Origin: Dimorphilus gyrociliatus
Taxonomy: Eukaryota > Animalia > Annelida
Reading direction: 5' to 3'
DNA length: 64,000 bases
Assembly (NCBI GenBank): GCA_904063045.1
Contig: CAJFCJ010000012.1
Location: 2,108,001-2,172,000, forward strand
Below are positions 41,664 to 55,562 of the stretch, one piece after another (position 1 is the first letter of the stretch; each line of letters opens with the position of its first letter). The notes beneath the pieces were generated by a model. That model worked only from the letters and a program-made list of their open reading frames with translations. It searched no databases and had not been told where the DNA came from. The translations under genes were made by a program, and so were the position numbers.

Positions 41664-43138
41664 CAAGTAAGCGACATAATGAGACAACTAATATGATTTT
41701 CTATTTTAAATTTAGTTTTTTTAACTTAACTGACCTAGTTGTAGACTGAAAGTTTCTTTTTTTACATTTAAATTCAGCAAATAGAATTCTTCAAGAGTTG
41801 TCTTGCCTGGGAAATAAAATTGGCAAACCGAAACGTAATGATGGAACTTTTTATAGTAAAATAAGAGGAATGAGAGAATGGAAGAATTTGATTTAGAATT
41901 TAAGCCTTAAGCAACTCTAGTTCAAAGAGCAGAGAAGAATCATGATCAATGTAGGAGGCTACTTTTTGAGATGTCGAAAACGAGAAAATGCGGAAATTAT
42001 CGTGTTTAAGAACTATTTTGTAATATTGGTCAGAGATAAAGGAGAAGGAAGAGAAAATGAAAAATAAAAAAATAAATAAAGAGAAGAAAAACGATAGCCT
42101 TGGGAAGAATGGCGCAAACACTATCCATTTGGTATTTGATCAAACCAGTAATGCAGTTCTATTCCAAAAATTGTCTTGTAAAGATGAACCCACCGAAAGG
42201 GAAAAAGGTCCGGGAAACTAGGAAAATGCGCTCTATCAAGGTTTAATTTAGGGAAAAGATACTTACATGTAAAAGCTAAATGCGAAACCGGCGAGAAAAC
42301 TCAAGTGTCAACATTTCCTTTGCATGATTGCAGTGTAGGAAAAGGTGCAGTGGCCCTGAGGGCAATTTGTACTGATGACTTAGCGGGAAATTTTCCTCTC
42401 CCCTTCAACACACTCATCAAGTTTCTTGATTTTTTCTCTCGTTCTAATCGTTTTTCCCGCCTGATTTCGCCCTACTACTGAAAATAGCGATTTTTACTAG
42501 CCTTTCGAGAACATTCTGATGGCACCGACTTAATTTGATTCCTTATGAAAAGGTGAATTTGAAAAGGCATCTGTAAAAACCCTAGAAAGGTTTCTTTCAT
42601 AAAGAATTCTCCTATGCAAAAGATAGCATGATTGTTAATTTTCGGATAAAATGCTCACTGGCTAATTGAGCACATTGAAAAGAGATCTTCTCAGGGGAGC
42701 GAGTCAAGAAACGTTTAGTATAATCGTTAAAGTCTATTTACTCTACTTAGTTTTTTCCCCTACTTTACCATGTTAGACTCTTGTAAAAGAAGAGTGTAGA
42801 GAAAGAAAACAATTTAAGTAAGTGAAAGAAAGAAGAAAGAGTGATACGTCGCTGTGTGAGAGACTGAGTGAGAAAGAGAGAGTAATAGTAGTGAAAAGAA
42901 AAGAAAAGTCAAAAATAATAGAACAAAAAGCAGCAGAAAACAAAAAAAAAAGAATTTAAATAAACCTAATAGACTGCAAAAGTAATTTACTAAGTGTAAT
43001 TATTGATAAAATGAAAAGGTAAAAGAATAGCCGATATATAGGCAAATCATTAAAGTTTTTGTATTGATTGATTAGAAAAAGAAGAAAAAAAGGGATGTCC
43101 GAAACAGGTGTGTATACTCCTTTGGATGGAGGAAATCC

Positions 43139-45142
43139 TTAATTGCCGCGGCATTTGCCAAAGGTTAATTGGTAAAAAGAATACCTGAAATCTCTGTTGT
43201 AGAACGCGTAGATAAATGGATTAACGAGTGAATTAAAATAACCCAACCATGTAGCACACATTGCTACAATTGGAGGAACTTGACAACTTTTGCAGAATGG
43301 TTCTATTATATAAATAAGGAAGAAGGGTAACCAACACACGCTGAAGCATCCAACAACTATAGCTAATGTTTTAGCGGCTTTTCTCTCTTTCAAGAGTACT
43401 GCTCTTTCCTTTCTTTTTTGTTCTTTAATGCTATAAGTACCTCCAGGGTTTCTTCTCGCTCTTGCCTGAATTGCGGCAATATCTCTCATGGCTTGAGTGC
43501 TAGTTAATAGAGATAGTCTAAATCTTTCAATTTGTTGCCGATTACGTAATTTTGATAGCTTTCCATTTTCAACGTTGGGCAGCTGAAGAAGAGTATCTCC
43601 ACTCTCCTCGTCGAGACTTGTAGTTGTGAGATCATCTTTTTTCTTCTTCTCTTTATCCGTATTATTAGTATTATAAACTTGAAGATTTTGGTCCCTATAG
43701 GCATAGACGATTGACTCAACTCATCTAATATGCGTCCACATAAGTAAATATATAGTGTACTCGGTATATTATAAACTGTATACATATAAATATATAGTTG
43801 TATAAAAGTAATAAAATAGATCTATATTCTTTGTGTATGCTTATACAGTGTTTATACACGAAGTACTGTTTATGTATTTATTTATATATACGCGGGCTAA
43901 AATTTTCCTTAATTATGATAGGTAATTAGGTCAATTATAATAATTTCTAGATAATAAACGGAAATTCGAAGGTATAAGAGAAGAGGGGTTGAGGGAAACT
44001 CCGACTAGAGTTTCGCAAAGTCTCAAATTACTGATAATAAAAAGCGATAAAATAAATAAATAAATACAATTGTTAATTAAGGAAATAATAGAAGAAAAGA
44101 GAAAATCTTATTCTATGCCTAGAAGCAGCAACTCGGAAAATTCTTATATAAACGAAGAGCATAACCAATAGTGGAATATAAAAACTGCCTAAAGCTGAAT
44201 AAATGACGTATCCAGGGTTGTCAGTGAGACGACATTCGCCCCTTTCCCAATCACCTTCTCTCCAACCGAAAATTGGCGGACACGTAATTACAACAGCGGC
44301 TAACCAAACGAAGCATATCATTGATATTGCCAACCGTTTTGAACGCCTAGCAGCATATTTCAATGGATGGTTAATAGCGAAATATCTGTCAACAGATATG
44401 GCACAAAGATTAAGGATTGACGCCGTACACAGCATAACATCTGATGATATCCAAATGTTGCAAATAATGGATCCAAACGGCCATATCGGATTTATTTCCA
44501 GCATGATATGGAACGGCATAACAAGTAACGCAACTAGAGTCGGGTTACAATTAGACATAATCGTTCAATTATCAGTAAAAGAAGTAAAACTATATAGAGA
44601 AATGAGTTTGGTTTTTTCTTTCTTCCCCTTTATGTTTGTCATACTTTTAATATAAAAAACTAGAAAGGAAGAAAAGATTAAAAATAAAGAGTTGAGTGTT
44701 CTTTTACTCGAAAATGAGAAGGCTATTTAAATAAAAAAATAGACATTGTCATTAGATTATATTAAGTCTCTTTAAACTGACTATATACTAATACTATATA
44801 TACAGTATATATATATATATATATACTGTATATATATGTATATTGTATATGAATATATATATACTTAATACTCATATTATATAAATTATATTTGATTTAA
44901 TACTCGTAAGCCCGACCCAGTAGATCGCTTGTTGCTAAAGATGCTACAAAGTAGTTTGTCACAGTCCTAAGGCGTTTGTTTGTAGAAACCGCTAAAATTA
45001 CAAGTAAATTGCCAAAAATTGCTCCTATAACTATCAGAGAAAGTATGGAACCAATCAGTATTTGTTGTAAAATTCCTAGATTAGTTTGAGAAGTAGAGGA
45101 AGAGTTTGTGGAAAAGTTATATATCCAGGACGAATTCTCCAT
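43139..45142 (-). CDS. Biogenic amine GPCR, octopamine-alpha/tyramine/adrenergic-like (~398 aa)
   Basis: Exons 44917-45142, 44119-44533, 43139-43694 (the second junction is inferred and needs a GC donor). GNLLV, D3.32 in SDVMLCTASILNLCAISVDRY, GYVIYSALGSFYIP, KERKAAKTLAIVVG, CWLPFF, WLGYFNSLVNPFIY. Confidence 0.92.
44795..44836. repeat. Perfect 42-nt palindrome TATATA-TACAGT(AT)n-ACTGTA-TATATA
   Basis: The sequence equals its own reverse complement across 44795-44836; it lies in intron 1 of the amine receptor. Confidence 0.9.
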
Positions 45143-45264
45143 ACCTTTTACCAATCCGTTGATGGTTCGAAGAAGTACATTAGCATCGTCGATTGAGAAA
45201 GCGTCTCTAAAGGTGATTAGACGCGCGTGATGTGATTTTAGAAAGCAAAATGATTCTCTCAACC

Positions 45265-45278
45265 GTCAAGGTGGCGCT
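45265..45278 (+). promoter_or_regulatory. CTCF-like motif upstream of the amine receptor CDS
   Basis: GTCAAGGTGGCGCT; further AGGTGGCG copies at 46365 and 46993. Confidence 0.45.
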
Positions 45279-47792
45279 GTCTTAAACTCATTTTTATTCG
45301 ACATTGGGGTATTGGTAACATCGGGGTCTATTATCTTTTAATAGAGTTAGATTTATTTGTAAACTCATTAAAGATATAGCATATTTCAATTTTCTGTCCC
45401 GCATTTTGTCCAATGTTCATAAATATTTACTACTTTAATATTCTTTTTAATGCAATGAAGTAAGAAAACTTGATAAAAAAACTCTTCAGATATAAATTAT
45501 AAAATCTCTAATGAATTCTCATAATTAAACACCTTTTCCTATTCATTTTTCTTTTACATTCTCTCCAAGTTTCGTTTCTTTTCTTCCTACTCTCACTGTC
45601 TCTCCATCTTGAAATATACAATTCGAATCTAAACTCTCTCTACAAGGTCAATACTTGCAATCTTTTATAGTTTAATTAACAATTTTTCTCTTCTCTTCTA
45701 ACTAAAATATTTAATTGTAATAGACGAAAAGAGGACAAATAGAAATTGAAGGGTGAGAAATAAAAGAGGGGAAATTAATACCACTAGAAGAGATGGATTA
45801 AACAAATAAAAGAAAATTATTGTCTATTTTTTATCTATTCATTCTTCGTACTAAGCGCTTGAGACTACTCACTTTCTTATTATAATAGATAATCTACTCT
45901 TTCTTAGTTTGATTCTAAACTACGTAAATAAATACGTTTATCAATAGAATAGTTAAATAAAAGAACTACGTTAAAAAAGAATATAATCTATATTAATGTA
46001 TTAATCATATATATAGTACTTGTGTTGTACATATGATTAATCTATATTGTTCTGTTTTGTCATGCACTGTATCATTCTTCTTTCGTATAAGGAATTAGTT
46101 ACATACAATGCAGTCCATATATTTATATATATATATACAGTATATATGTATGTATAAAGAGAGAGTGAGAGAAAAGAAAGAGAGAGAGAATATAATCATT
46201 TTTTGTTCAAGTTGACAACTACACAATTCTATAGATTTGTCATAAGTCAATGCCTCCCTCTTTAATAATTAGAGAGTCTGTATAGTACAGTAAAAAGGGT
46301 GCAAATATACTTTTCGTATACAGTATATATTAACATATTAGATTTTTTCTTTTCTTAATACGATAGGTGGCGTAACTTGCCCAGTTGTAGAGATAAATTA
46401 TAACGTTTCAAAAGAGCAAGAGAGAAAGCAAGAGAAGAGGAGGAAGAAGAGTTGGAGGAGGCAATGGAAAAGGGGTATTGAGAAGGAGAAGAAAGAGAGA
46501 TATCAGTAGAGATTGAGTTGAATATATGAAGGTCAGCAAGTACAAAATGTCGATCGGACAGATGTGAGAATAAAGGTTAAAAAAAACTATTAATTAATAC
46601 TAGTCGTATGGACTACGCTGTTTTTTATTATCTCGTTTTGCTATATAATTTGAAGGTGATAGAAATTGCTTTTCATCTATTTTTTTAATTAACTATAAAA
46701 TCATAGATAATCTAGGAATATTCTATTTATTAAATACAGCTTTTCAAAGAGATAAGCAACCGAAATGTCAAATTGGATACTTAATATAAGAAACAGTTTG
46801 TGGAGACGGCCTTTTTTCTCTTTTTACTCTCTTTAAATATTCATAATCATACCTGATTTTATACTAGACACACTCGCGTACACGCACATAGACAGATTCC
46901 TACAAACAAGCTTTAATAACTTAATCAGTAAAATTAAAGATGTTATAATTAAATGAAGATTGAAATATTATATATATACTGAATATATAAATAGGTGGCG
47001 CAATATAACAATCTGTATAATCTCTATAAATAATAATGGAGCATAAATAGAGACAGTTATTACTGTAAACCAACGAATCCGGTACGTTATCCTAGAATAA
47101 ACTGCTCTTGGGACTTGTAAAACTTTTATCGAAAATTAAAAAGAATTAAGTAAAGAAGAGAAAGATATTGTTGTATATATACATAATAAAAATAAGTAGT
47201 TTTATCTATCAATTTCTGTTTTGTTTACTCGGAAATTTCTTTGTAATTAATGGTTGATAAAAGTTTCTAAAGAATTTTTCTTACAAAAAGAAAGTGAGCT
47301 CTTTCTTTTTAAGGATTGCTATCTTATTTCTTATTTTTTTTTCTCTCTCCCTCTGTATCTTCATCTTCATTATTCCTCCTTCGTTCTCTGTTCCTACTTT
47401 TCCTTCTTCCCTTCCTCATCTTCTCTTTCTCTTTCTTTTACTTTTCTATCACTCTGATCATCATCATCACCATCATCATTCGGCATAATTAAATCTAATC
47501 CCTAATTAACTTGAAACAGTAAAGATAAGGAAATAATATAGAAGAGGTTAAGATATTATCTAAATAAAATGAATGTATCAATAGGAGAAAAAGAGAAAAA
47601 AAGGCTGTTTGTTTGTCTTTTGTCTTTTTTTAATTATCATTTTTTGTTCTTTTTTTTTCATAGCTTTTTTTAAGGTTAAAAGAAATTTTGCGCCAAAAAA
47701 AAACATGTTCATTTTTTTTAAAACGTTCAATATCATTTTTCCATGTACGTTTTGCATTGTATAACATATATATACATATATATATGTATATG

Positions 47793-47823
<31 letters not shown>

Positions 47824-50800
47824 ATAGAGAGAGATGCGATATATACGATACGGAGGAAAAAAAAGGAAACAAATATAAACACTTATATTTTACTTTCAAC
47901 TGAATTTAAAACTTTTTGATTCATCAGAAGATAGAATACAATAGTTTCTTTTTTATGTTGATTTTAACTTTCTTTTTTTTTTTTTTTCTTTTTTTGGAGG
48001 ATAAAACTTTTCTTTTTTTTATCTTTTTTTTCTTTTTAATTCTTTTTTGTTTGTTTTTTTTTTTAATTTTATTTATTTATTTGATTTTTTTTACTTTAAT
48101 GATAATTTCTTTCAGAAATTTCTGAAGACGTTCCTCTTTTCATCCTGAAAAGTAGAAATATTTCAAATTCCATTTAAAAGGCTAAAATATAAATATTATA
48201 AGGAAGTATATTTTATATAATTCAAGGCACGTAAACTATAGATAATATAAAAATTTTAGTATGTATACATATATCTTGTTACTAGTTATCAACTAATATA
48301 CTACTTCAATTTCTTTTCAACCATATTATATCTCATAATATAATGAAAAATATGCTCTATTTATAAAATATTGTATATTTTTATTGAAAACATTAAAAGA
48401 ATAAGATTCGAAGGAGTTCGATCTATTTGAATATTTTCTTCTAAATAATTATCTCAAGGTTTGTAAAAGGAGAACAAAATGTAGGAAAATAAAGGAAAGA
48501 AAGGGAGCGAGTGCATGCATATATTGTTTATTATGTATTCGCCTATTTTAGCCTATAAGGCGGCTGTTTATATTGTATATGAATAAGTACATTTGCATAT
48601 ATATATGTATACTGTATAACTTCTATGCGAACGTAAAACTGAATGTTTAGCTAATCATAAATTGTTGTAGAGAAGAGAAATATAGAATATCGGAATGGAG
48701 GGTATTACTCCTTACAAGTATCTATTACTCAGTTGAAATTATATATATTGTATATAGCGTGATACAAGACAACATCAATTGGCAAATAGCGTATTAAATA
48801 GATGATGACTAATGAATTACTCAGAATTACAAGTTAAGAATAGTTTAGAACGAAAAAAAAAGAAAAAAAAAAACTAATATCGTCTTGATGATAATTTATA
48901 TAAGCGGCATGATTTTTTTAAGTGAAGGCTTTTAAGCCTATTCCTTGAAATTATATCACTTTAAATTGAAAACGACACTAAAATAGAATAAAGAAGCTTT
49001 CAAAAGCATAAAGATATATTACGGCTACACGATAGGAGAACGAAGTTTAAGAAAGATAACATAATAATTCCTATGTAAACAGGTCTATATTGGAGGAAAT
49101 TAAGAAGAGGGAGTAAATGTAGGAATAAACGAGTTAGATAGATTGGCAAGCAAGAGAGAAAGACAGAGAGAGAGAGAAAGAAAGAGAAAGAGAGACAGAC
49201 AGATAGAAAAGTATGATAATATTTTGGACTTAATTACTCTATAGTCTGTGCCATTCCCATCCTTATAATTCCCTTCAATATTAGAATCTCTAGTAATGTG
49301 CCACATCAGTTTACTTTTACTTTATGAAAAGATTATGAATATAAATATATTCATATATAAAGATATCAGTATGAGTACATTTGTATAAATATTCATTGAG
49401 CTAATAGAATATGTAAAATATATGGATTTATAAATATAATATGATTTATATTTAGTACACTCAATTTGCCTTTATATACAATAGAGACAATGAGGTAAAT
49501 CTTTACATTTCATAACAGAAAGATTTTATACACTGCTCATCTACTTTCTCTTAAACTCTTCGTATTCTAAGCAATCATCTTACCTAAATACGAGATGAAC
49601 TTGTCAAGAGAAATTCAAGTATTAATTTGTTTGTTCTTTGGCTACACTAAATATAGAGTCTTTTTTTTTCATTTACAAAAAAAAAAGTAATTTTTATATC
49701 AAATAAACCCGCCCACCATCGTCTTGTCAACCAGCAAACTCAATAGGGTCAATAACAAGTTCAATAAGGGCAAACAACTTTATTGGCAGTGACGTAAATA
49801 TAGAATGTGATAGCGTGTTTAATATATTTCCGAATTACGCCGATTAATCGATTATAAAACAATACAATTTTCTATTTACTCACCCAAATCGAATCGCCTT
49901 TCTCGCTCTTCCTGAGGAATTTTTCGAAAAATGGAAAATCCGATGTAAATTTTCTAGGTTTTTCAAAGTTCTCTCTTTGCAGACTCCTCAATTGGTTTAT
50001 TATTTGACGTAAACCACTTTCTCTTTCGTTTGTCGCCTCTGAGCGTTTACCGTTGCCTTTTGGCGAAAAAATTCAGTTACAACATGTAAAAATACAACAG
50101 AAGGAAACGTCTACGACAAATTTCTCTTTCATTAATTATAGTCTTTAACCAAGATATCTCTTTTCCCCTCTTCATCTCTCTTCTTTTTAACTTATAGACA
50201 AAGATCAATTGTTTTTTTCTCTTCCTACACACATTTAGCCTATTTGCTCAACAAGTTAAAGTATTTAACCTTCTCTCATGTTTTAGCATATTTTATTGTC
50301 TTTATTTAATGTGACGAAAGGAAGATCTTATGTACTGAAAGGTTAATCGAAATGTCCACAATATAGAGCAGTTAAATAATCTCCAAATTGTCTATAATTT
50401 AACAAAATCTTCTTTTGTCTTACTCCTTTCATTACATTAAATTTTCAACAATTTTCTATCTTTCTTTGTTATGATAGAGTTTTCTTAAGTTTAAAAATTT
50501 TACAAAGTCAGCAAATTAAAGCGTCAAGTACCAGAGGCACTACGTAGGAAACATGTTAATAAAAGTAGCCAGAAGGATAATCTACGTGTCCATGAAAATT
50601 TTTTGAAACGGCGTATAATGTATAATTGGAAAAAAAAAGTCATATTCACCAAGCATATTTCCGATGAAAACAAGGAAATTTTTAAAGAAACAAACTGTTG
50701 ATGAGTGTTAAAGAAAGAGAAAGATGCGAAAAGTGAATGAAAAAACGAGAAAGGACGAAAGAGAATGAAAAATATGGAAAAACAAATAAATAAAAAGGGT

Positions 50801-53800
50801 GAAAATGGATTTTCTGTACGTATTTTGCAAATAAAATGCAAAGTATGTACCATGAGAATAGCTAAGCGAAAATATGGTTTAAGTAGTACGTAAGAGGACA
50901 ATTATTACATTTTCAATGAGATATAAATGCTTGGTTATTATTTATGCGATATACACAACTATTGAGAATAAAAGCAAATAAAAAATAATTTACTTAAAAA
51001 AGAGAGAGAGAGAGAGAGACAGAGAGTGAAAAAGAGAGAAAGAAAGAGAGGGAAAACAGGCGTTAACTTTAAACATATTTTAATAGGAAAGTTAACTGTA
51101 AATAAGCTTAATTAATGATGCTGAAAAAGAGATAAGATATTGAATTTACTTGTATAATTAAAAAAAAGAGGAATTTTACAAAGGAAGCAAGAGAAAAATT
51201 TGTTCATAATTAAGACAAATTAAAATGAAGATTATATGATAAATACTAATACATTTAGATTTACGTTATACAATACCTATATATATATATATATAGTATT
51301 TCTGATAATAGAGTCATTCATACTAAAGGTTAAAAGCTTTAAATTAATTTAAAGTTTACCTCCTGCACATGCGTGTAGCGCCCATACCGGACACTTTCCT
51401 AGAAAAAAATGAGATTGAGACAAATGTATTATTGAAGATTATAGCTAAAAGGAAACTTTAACCTCCTTCTGCTAGAAAACTTAACGTCCCTAAAACAGAA
51501 ATGAAAATCCAAAGTAGTCGTAAGCGTTCCATGAGAGACGGCGCGAAAGTGACTCCAGCTAGACGCCTACAGTACGCCTTCTAGCGTGAAGGTGTACGCT
51601 GAGTTAATAATTCTGTCAAAACTATTCAACTTTATCACGTCCTCGATACTCTTCGATTATCAGTCCGACTGGAAAGAGAATGAGTCTACTGCACCGAAGC
51701 ATCCGTAGACTCTTTCACATTATGAAAAATGATGATGATGCGGGCAACGATTGTGCATGAAAATTGCTGACAAGTTTCTTGAAGAGGGTTTAAGAATGGT
51801 ATAGTGTGCATTGTTACGTCTCGTTTCATTTCTTATACCTTTATAACAAAAAGTTTCTAGTCCCTTTTTAATTACACAAAACTCGTTTAATTGGCGACTG
51901 CAAAGCGTAATCTGTAAATAGACCTTAGAGAGAAATATTCAAATAGAGATTAAAATATAAAAGTTGGTAAAAAAAACTGATGAAGATGAACAAAATTACT
52001 TCTTATTTAATTTTTGTCTTCCCTCTCTCCGCTTACCTTCTTCAGCCTATCTCTTCTTTATCTGTTCATCTTTCACTCAACCAGCTCTTGTTATCTTTTT
52101 CCTACGTTCTCTACTCGTCCTCTGTGCTATATAATTACGTATAGGTTTATTTTTATTTTGACGTCACAAAAAAAAATCATTACTTATCTGTATCACTCAC
52201 TTGTTTCTTTCATTTAGCAGATTTTCTCCTATTTCTCTTTAGTAGACCTTGTAAGAAAAAGAGAAAAAAGAAGAGATTATCATATAAAAGATATATAGCA
52301 TATAAAAACCAACAAAATATAGATTATTTATTAAGCGGATAGTTCACATTTTAATAACCAAATATTTATATGTATATGATATAATATTAATATATACAAT
52401 TAAGTATCTATCCATAGCATAAATGATGCGTTCTTATACATTATAGGTATATATGCAGTATATATATACAGTGTACATAGTATATAATGTATATTAACTA
52501 TATAGATGTGTATAGAACGTTTACAATATATACTTAATATATAATATATTTGGTTATGCTCTAGATCTGTACATTGTTTCTAAATGTACTAAAGCATATG
52601 GAGCATTTTATGTACTGTAAATGAATTTATTTCCACTTTAGAATAATATTCATAATTGCTTAGTGGTTTATTTATTAATTACGATAGAAGTATGAGTGTG
52701 TAAACAGGAAGGGAAAGAGAACAAGGAGCGAAGGGGGTGGAGAGAGAGAGAGAGAGGGGGGGGGGCGAATGTGATGGAGATAAAGAAACAGAGACAGAGG
52801 AACGGAGAAGAAAGACGAAAGTGCGCATGTTTTATTTATTATATTAAACACAGCACTTGACCCTATGTATATTATATAAACAGAAATCGAAATTGTACAA
52901 CCTATTTAAATATATACAAGTATTTAAGCAAGATCAATCAAGTGGAAAAAAAAGTTAAGTAAACTTAAAGAATCTGTTTACCCTGTCAATTATTTGAAAA
53001 TATATCCAACGGCTTTTAATCTATATCTTATCAACTTAGTCGCTGATTTTATTGAATTTATATTAAAAACAAAAAATTAAAAGCACTATAGAGCTAATAA
53101 ATATTTGAATAGAATCCCCGATGGCAATTTTAGAAACAAAGAAGTTTCCGTAAATAGATAGACAATTAAATTAGTAATAATTAATATTGTGTACAGTTAC
53201 AAAAAATTATATAATATAAAATAATATCAAACCGGAAATGCTTGTATGACTATTTTTATTTAATAATATATAACGATCCTCCTTTCTTAATCTGTTAATT
53301 CTACTTCTTACGATCTCAGATTAAAGCTGATAATAATTAGATTATTGTCTAGAAACAAGATTCTGATGATAGACGCTTTTCTATAAATCATTTATTACTA
53401 GCTTTATATTCACGAGAGCAGGCCAGAATTTATACATTGACAAACAATCGATGCCTTTACTCGTAGCCGTTCTGCTTCTCAAAAAGTCTTACGTAATAAA
53501 TAAACTATTCACAATCAATCTAAAAGTAATAGTAGAACAAGACAAATAGGGTTATACGAAAATATGTCTATTCTATTTATTCCAAATAGTTATTACAAGT
53601 TTATTCTTTCGTCCTCTATTTAACCGATCTTTTCCTAAGCGCGTATTGGCATGCCCTACGTAGTTTGTCAAATGATTTTAGAATATTATTACCAATTTGA
53701 ATAGTGTTATTGCATGCAAGTCGAATTGGGTGAGCTTGTACCACTATCCGGTTTTATAAAATGTAGAAAATTGACAAATCGATGGAGCTTATCCCTTACC

Positions 53801-55526
53801 CACTCTCTTCCATTCTTCGCGTTATGTCCATTACATTTTCGTTAAAAGTGAATAATCTTTACACACAATATTTTATTTAAACGTTTATCTGTTTTATGTA
53901 TTTATAATTGTTGTTTGTTTATTGTTTATTTATTTTTTTGTTAGTATATATCTTATTTTAAATAAAAAAATAGAACATTTAAGTCTATATTTCTTTATAT
54001 TGGAAAAAAAATCCTTTAATATCCGTCGTTTTACGAAAACTCTTAATTTTCTCCTTCCCCCTCCTTCCTACTAAAACCTTTTTGCTTAATCAGTTGAATT
54101 CCTTTTCTATATTTGGTTTTGATTTGGCTTTAAGAATATAGTAATAATACTAATACTAATAATAGCACTGGCTTCTTTTATCTTTACTTTACGTTAAAAA
54201 AAAAGGAAAAAACCTAAATTATCTTTTTCTTAGGCCTAGGCCAGTTTTTTTTTGCCTCTCTATCAAACTTTTAATAAATTCAAGTTGACAAAGTGACACT
54301 TAACTCTGCCAGAACCTAAGCATCTCTCCTTTTAGAGAAATGCTCCTTAAAAAATACTTTTCAAAGTTGATAACGGATAGATTTAAATAATCTGCGACAA
54401 ACAACTTGAATTAAGTAGTTCACTCTTTTCTAGTCTCTGTCTAGTATAAAACAAATCTATTAGAGCAATATAAAGAAAATAAAGAAGAATAAATAAAGGA
54501 GTAGTATAAAGGAACAGTTAAATACTTAATAAGATATCTGTTCAAGTAAATTTCCCTTTAATGTTTTTCTCCTTTCACAGTTTTGTATCTAATAAGCTTT
54601 TTATTGATTGTTTTTTACCTTTTTTTTTAAAGGATTTAAGTGATTTTAGTTAAATACACTTACTTTTATTGCTTAATAAGTCAATAAAATTTAAAATATT
54701 AGCTAAAGAATAATTAAAGAGGTCTCTAAGCATAATTAACAGTGAAAAGTACCTGAAATATCTTATATATAGATAGTTTTGTTTATAATTTATAGTTTTC
54801 TGTTTTGTTTAGTAGTTATCCTTGTTTTTTCCTATGTTGGATAAAATATAGAAAATAGAGATAGAGAGTGTTTATGGAAGATATATGGAATACTTTACGA
54901 TATCTAAGTGTAAATATATATACATATATATATCCTTGCTACTTAGACAACAGAGAACAAAAAACTAGTAAAAAATATAAAACCTTTTCCTTCTTTTTAG
55001 TAATACCTAAGGGATTTTAGTTTAAATGTCGGACCTATTGTAATTTGAAGCTTTATAAAAAACTCTTCTATTCATTATTTAGGTAGAATTTTTATTGCTA
55101 CTCTATTATTACAGATACTGTTTGTTTATGATTTTATCAGGGAGACGAAACAATTTCAAAAGATAGCGTTAAATATCCATTAAAAGCCCGTTATATTCCA
55201 GTTCGTCTATACAGTATATAAATAAGAGTAAAACATCTATAACATATTTCGTAACGTGAAAATCGATATAAAAGCAGGTGGATTTCTTTTTAAATATCTC
55301 TTTCTTTAAATCAATTAAGAAAATTTCCAAAAAAAAAAGAGAAAATAAGAAAAAAGAGAAATTTAATTAAAATTATCCATTTCAATTAAAATATCGATCT
55401 CCTGAGTAATTTGAAAGAAAGTTTACTTTAAATGAAAATGTTAACTGCAATTACATTGTGAATGCATAAAGAATATAAAATATATACAGTACGTATACAC
55501 TTATCATAACAAAAAGGACAAACTGA

Positions 55527-55562
<36 letters not shown>

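Noticed and set aside
42100-42720. GC-richer, microsatellite-free segment with a ~97-codon open frame and a minus-strand GTAAGT
   Set aside because: No start codon, recognisable domain or TIR; could be UTR, lncRNA or decayed element, but unsupported.
44203-44655. 150-aa plus-strand ORF (also 16804-17061, 24284-24505, 35448-35681, 57434-57622, 58480-58716)
   Set aside because: Antisense shadows of genuine coding exons.
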